Shown here piece by piece: positions 61,517-64,000 of a stretch of 64,000 nt of DNA; position 1 is the first letter of the stretch; each line of letters starts with the position of its first letter. The position numbers were made by a program, and so were the translations under genes. Under the pieces are notes generated by a model. The model saw only the letters and a program-made list of their open reading frames with translations, was not told the DNA's origin and searched no databases. The DNA is from Neophaeotheca triangularis (lineage: Eukaryota), in assembly GCA_054600435.1 (NCBI GenBank), contig BAAIJX010000031.1, positions 186,001 to 250,000 on the forward strand, in the 5' to 3' direction.

Positions 61517-63181
61517 TCAAGTCGATCTGAGTTGCCGTCGAACTTCTTCCGGCGCATCGACATCGTAGTTTTGGAACTTCCGACTTCGGATCCTTCGCTC
61601 AAACATGATGTCTAACTCCTCAAATGTACGATCCTTCGTCTCCGGCAAGAAGAACCAACAATACAATGTACAGAGCATACTCAAGCCAGCAAAAAGAAAT
61701 CCTAGCTTGCCACCCCAATTCCCCTCATCCTCCTGCATAGCATAAGGTATCGACACGGAAAAGACAATGGAAGATATCTGCACCGTTACTGTGGCAATCG
61801 AAACACTAAGACCGCGCAAATGCACAGCCGAGACTTCTGCAAGAAGCACGTAGCAGAACGGTCCTACAGTAGTGTCGTAGACGATATTGCACAGCATCAT
61901 AAGCACGCACTGCGCCCACGTTGCCGCCGTGTTGTTTGAATTTTCCTTGACAGTGTCCAGTACGCCTATCAAGAAGAGCAGCATCATCAGGCTTGTGCAG
62001 CCCATCAAGTACGCCGTACGTCGTCCAATGCGCGTCATTAGGAACCAGGATAGAACTGTCCCTATGAAGCCGAGGGCTTTGAGACCGAGGTTCAGGGAAA
62101 AAGAGTTTGAACCGTCCAAACCGGCGGTCTCGAAGAAGTAGACGGCGTAGCTGATGAAGAGCAGATTTCCAGTGAAGGCTTGCATGTCGTAGGCCATGAT
62201 GCAGATTACGAGGCGACGGAAATTGGTGCCTCGGAAGCAGTCTTTGAAACGAGGTGGGCCTTGGGCGTATGATGTTTCCAGTGCGAGCGTTTCTTTAACA
62301 TGAGCGAGCTTGATGTCTACGTCGATGTTGCTGGTAGTCAGCCGGGTTAGGGAGTGTCGCGCGGCTTCGGGTTTACCTCGTCGGCAGAGCCAGTAAGGTG
62401 GGTCCGGGCAGAAGTAGATGATGGCTAGCAAGATTGCTGGGAGGATCCATTGTGTGGCTAGCGGGATTTTGTAGGCGAGGTTGTTATTATATTTGTTGGT
62501 GCCCTTGAGGATGCCGGCTGCGATGAATTGTCCGATGACGAAGGCAAGGTTAGTCATGGACGCTGCGAATCCGCGTAAGGCTAGGGGGCAGACTTCTCCT
62601 ACGAAAGTTGAGGCGACGATCGGGTAGAAAGCGATTATGATGCCGTTGATCAGCTCGCCGGTGAAGAGTTGGGTGGGCGTGTTAGCGAAGAACTGAATGA
62701 AGATGACTCCCATAGAGAGTGCTGAGCAGACGGCTATCACTTTTCTAGGCCCGAACCTGTCGTATGCTGCTCCTGCTAGGAGGGATCCTACGACTGCGCC
62801 AATGTTGTTGGCATAGTTGAATGCGCCGAGCCATTGCGCTGGAATGAGGTATTCGCCGCGATATTTGTAGCCGAATGTCTCTTTGAAAGGCTGGAGGCCG
62901 ACTAGACTGCCCACAACATTGCCGTCGACGCCTATCGATTGATTATTTAGTGTCAATTGAGTAACAATCACTCTACGAGACGGTTATCTACCTTTTAGAA
63001 CGACTGCAAGATTGATAAACAGGGTCCATGCCACGGCAGGCCAGTACAGACGAACGGCATGCCAAAATGACAGGCCATGCTCGTACGCCGTGAACTGTCT
63101 CGATCTGTCTGCTTCGGTACTCACAAAGTCTGGCGACTCTGCCCGGGATTGGGTGGTGTTGTGGACCTTATTGCCCTCCAT
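61517..63181 (-). CDS. MFS sugar porter (maltose/alpha-glucoside permease-like), 2 exons, about 534 aa
   Basis: Intron 62991-62932 joins the two ORFs in frame. Motifs DRFGPR, FVGEVCPLALRG, PDPPYWL, IGRR and LPETKDRTFEELDIMF. Confidence 0.92.
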
Positions 63182-63423
63182 GACTGACTTTACAACTGCA
63201 GAGCTTGAAGAACTCAGTTGAGCGACAAAGTGGAAGAAATTGATATGACTCTCTCCATATGTCACGTCGCATGCCAAGCTTCGTGCGGAGAAACCTGGCT
63301 TCACCGAAATATGGCCAGAGCTGGCTCCCGTGTCTGAATACTGCCGTGTCTGTCAATGTAGCCTTCATATTGTATGTTGTTAGTGGTACATGCCTTTGTG
63401 GGGTGTTGTTGCTGCTCCTGTGC

Positions 63424-64000
63424 ATGCCGCCATACACTCCGCGCCACGTTGACTGAACGCGCCAGACTGCTCCTTAAGCTCCACACCGGTGATGCCGCTG
63501 TGGTTGGTCATGCTCTCGGTAAGAGCAAGCGTATGTTCGAGCGGTGGATCTTTCGCTCCAACCTCTTTGGTGAGTCGTATGCCTCTAAGTCGGTGACCAT
63601 GGGAAGCCCTAAAGAGTTGACTGCGCACCAGGAGCAGATCAGTAGCTGTTGGAGAATGGGACTGAATTGAACTGAGCGCGCTCTCAGTGGTTAATTGACT
63701 ACCTCCATGATCGGCCTACGGCATACCTTGATGAGCTCGCTCTCGCCGCGTATGACGCATCCGACGTGCACGTGTCTCATACTACCCTTCACCGCACAAT
63801 GGAGCGCCGCCGGTGTTCGAACAAGGTCGCCAAGAGGGTTACGAAGGAGAGGCACCGCGGGCTCCGGTCGTTGTGGTGTACAACGGCCTCAAAGTGGTCG
63901 CAAGAGCTGTTATGCTTTGTCGATGAATCTGCGGCAAATGAGAAGACTGGATATTGTAAGAGAGGTTGGTCACCGCGAAGGGTTGACTGCGTCGATCTGG
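63424..64000 (+). mobile_element. Tc1/IS630-like transposase pseudogene, running off the window end
   Basis: YLHDRPTAYLDELALA and LCFVDESAANEKTGYCKRGWSP; same family as the 1061-1753 element. Frameshifted. Confidence 0.8.

Noticed and set aside
1061..64000. Two Tc1-like transposases forming a composite transposon around the region
   Set aside because: They are similar mainly at protein level, both are degenerate, and I found no matching terminal repeats.
1..64000. CRISPR arrays, tRNA or rRNA genes
   Set aside because: No repeat-spacer array or recognisable structural RNA gene seen by eye; small RNA genes could have been missed.

Overview
Eukaryotic DNA from a filamentous ascomycete: spliceosomal introns, Ty3/Gypsy, LINE and Tc1 relics, and RIP-type CAG>TAG stops. 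Most of the window is decayed accessory genes, transposon fragments and pieces of housekeeping genes (Cdc4-like, Rsa4-like). The right half holds the main finding, an intact urease gene cluster spanning about 17.7 kb (41.6-59.3 kb). It comprises a NiCoT nickel permease, UreF, an 11-exon 837-aa urease with all Ni ligands, and divergently transcribed UreD and UreG. An intact arrestin-like gene and a scrambled allantoate/pantothenate-family permease lie inside it, and an ArAE/FUSC-type transporter lies nearby. The urease has unusual residues near the active site. The cluster promoters carry PacC-type GCCARG sites, a shared GTGACRTCA motif and a perfect 32-bp palindrome. The window also has remnants of a large DUF3505 + tyrosine-recombinase-like + RecQ-helicase gene (a candidate mobile element) next to an intact PD-(D/E)XK nuclease gene. 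I saw no Starship captain gene. All calls come from manual reading and motif recall; no searches were run.
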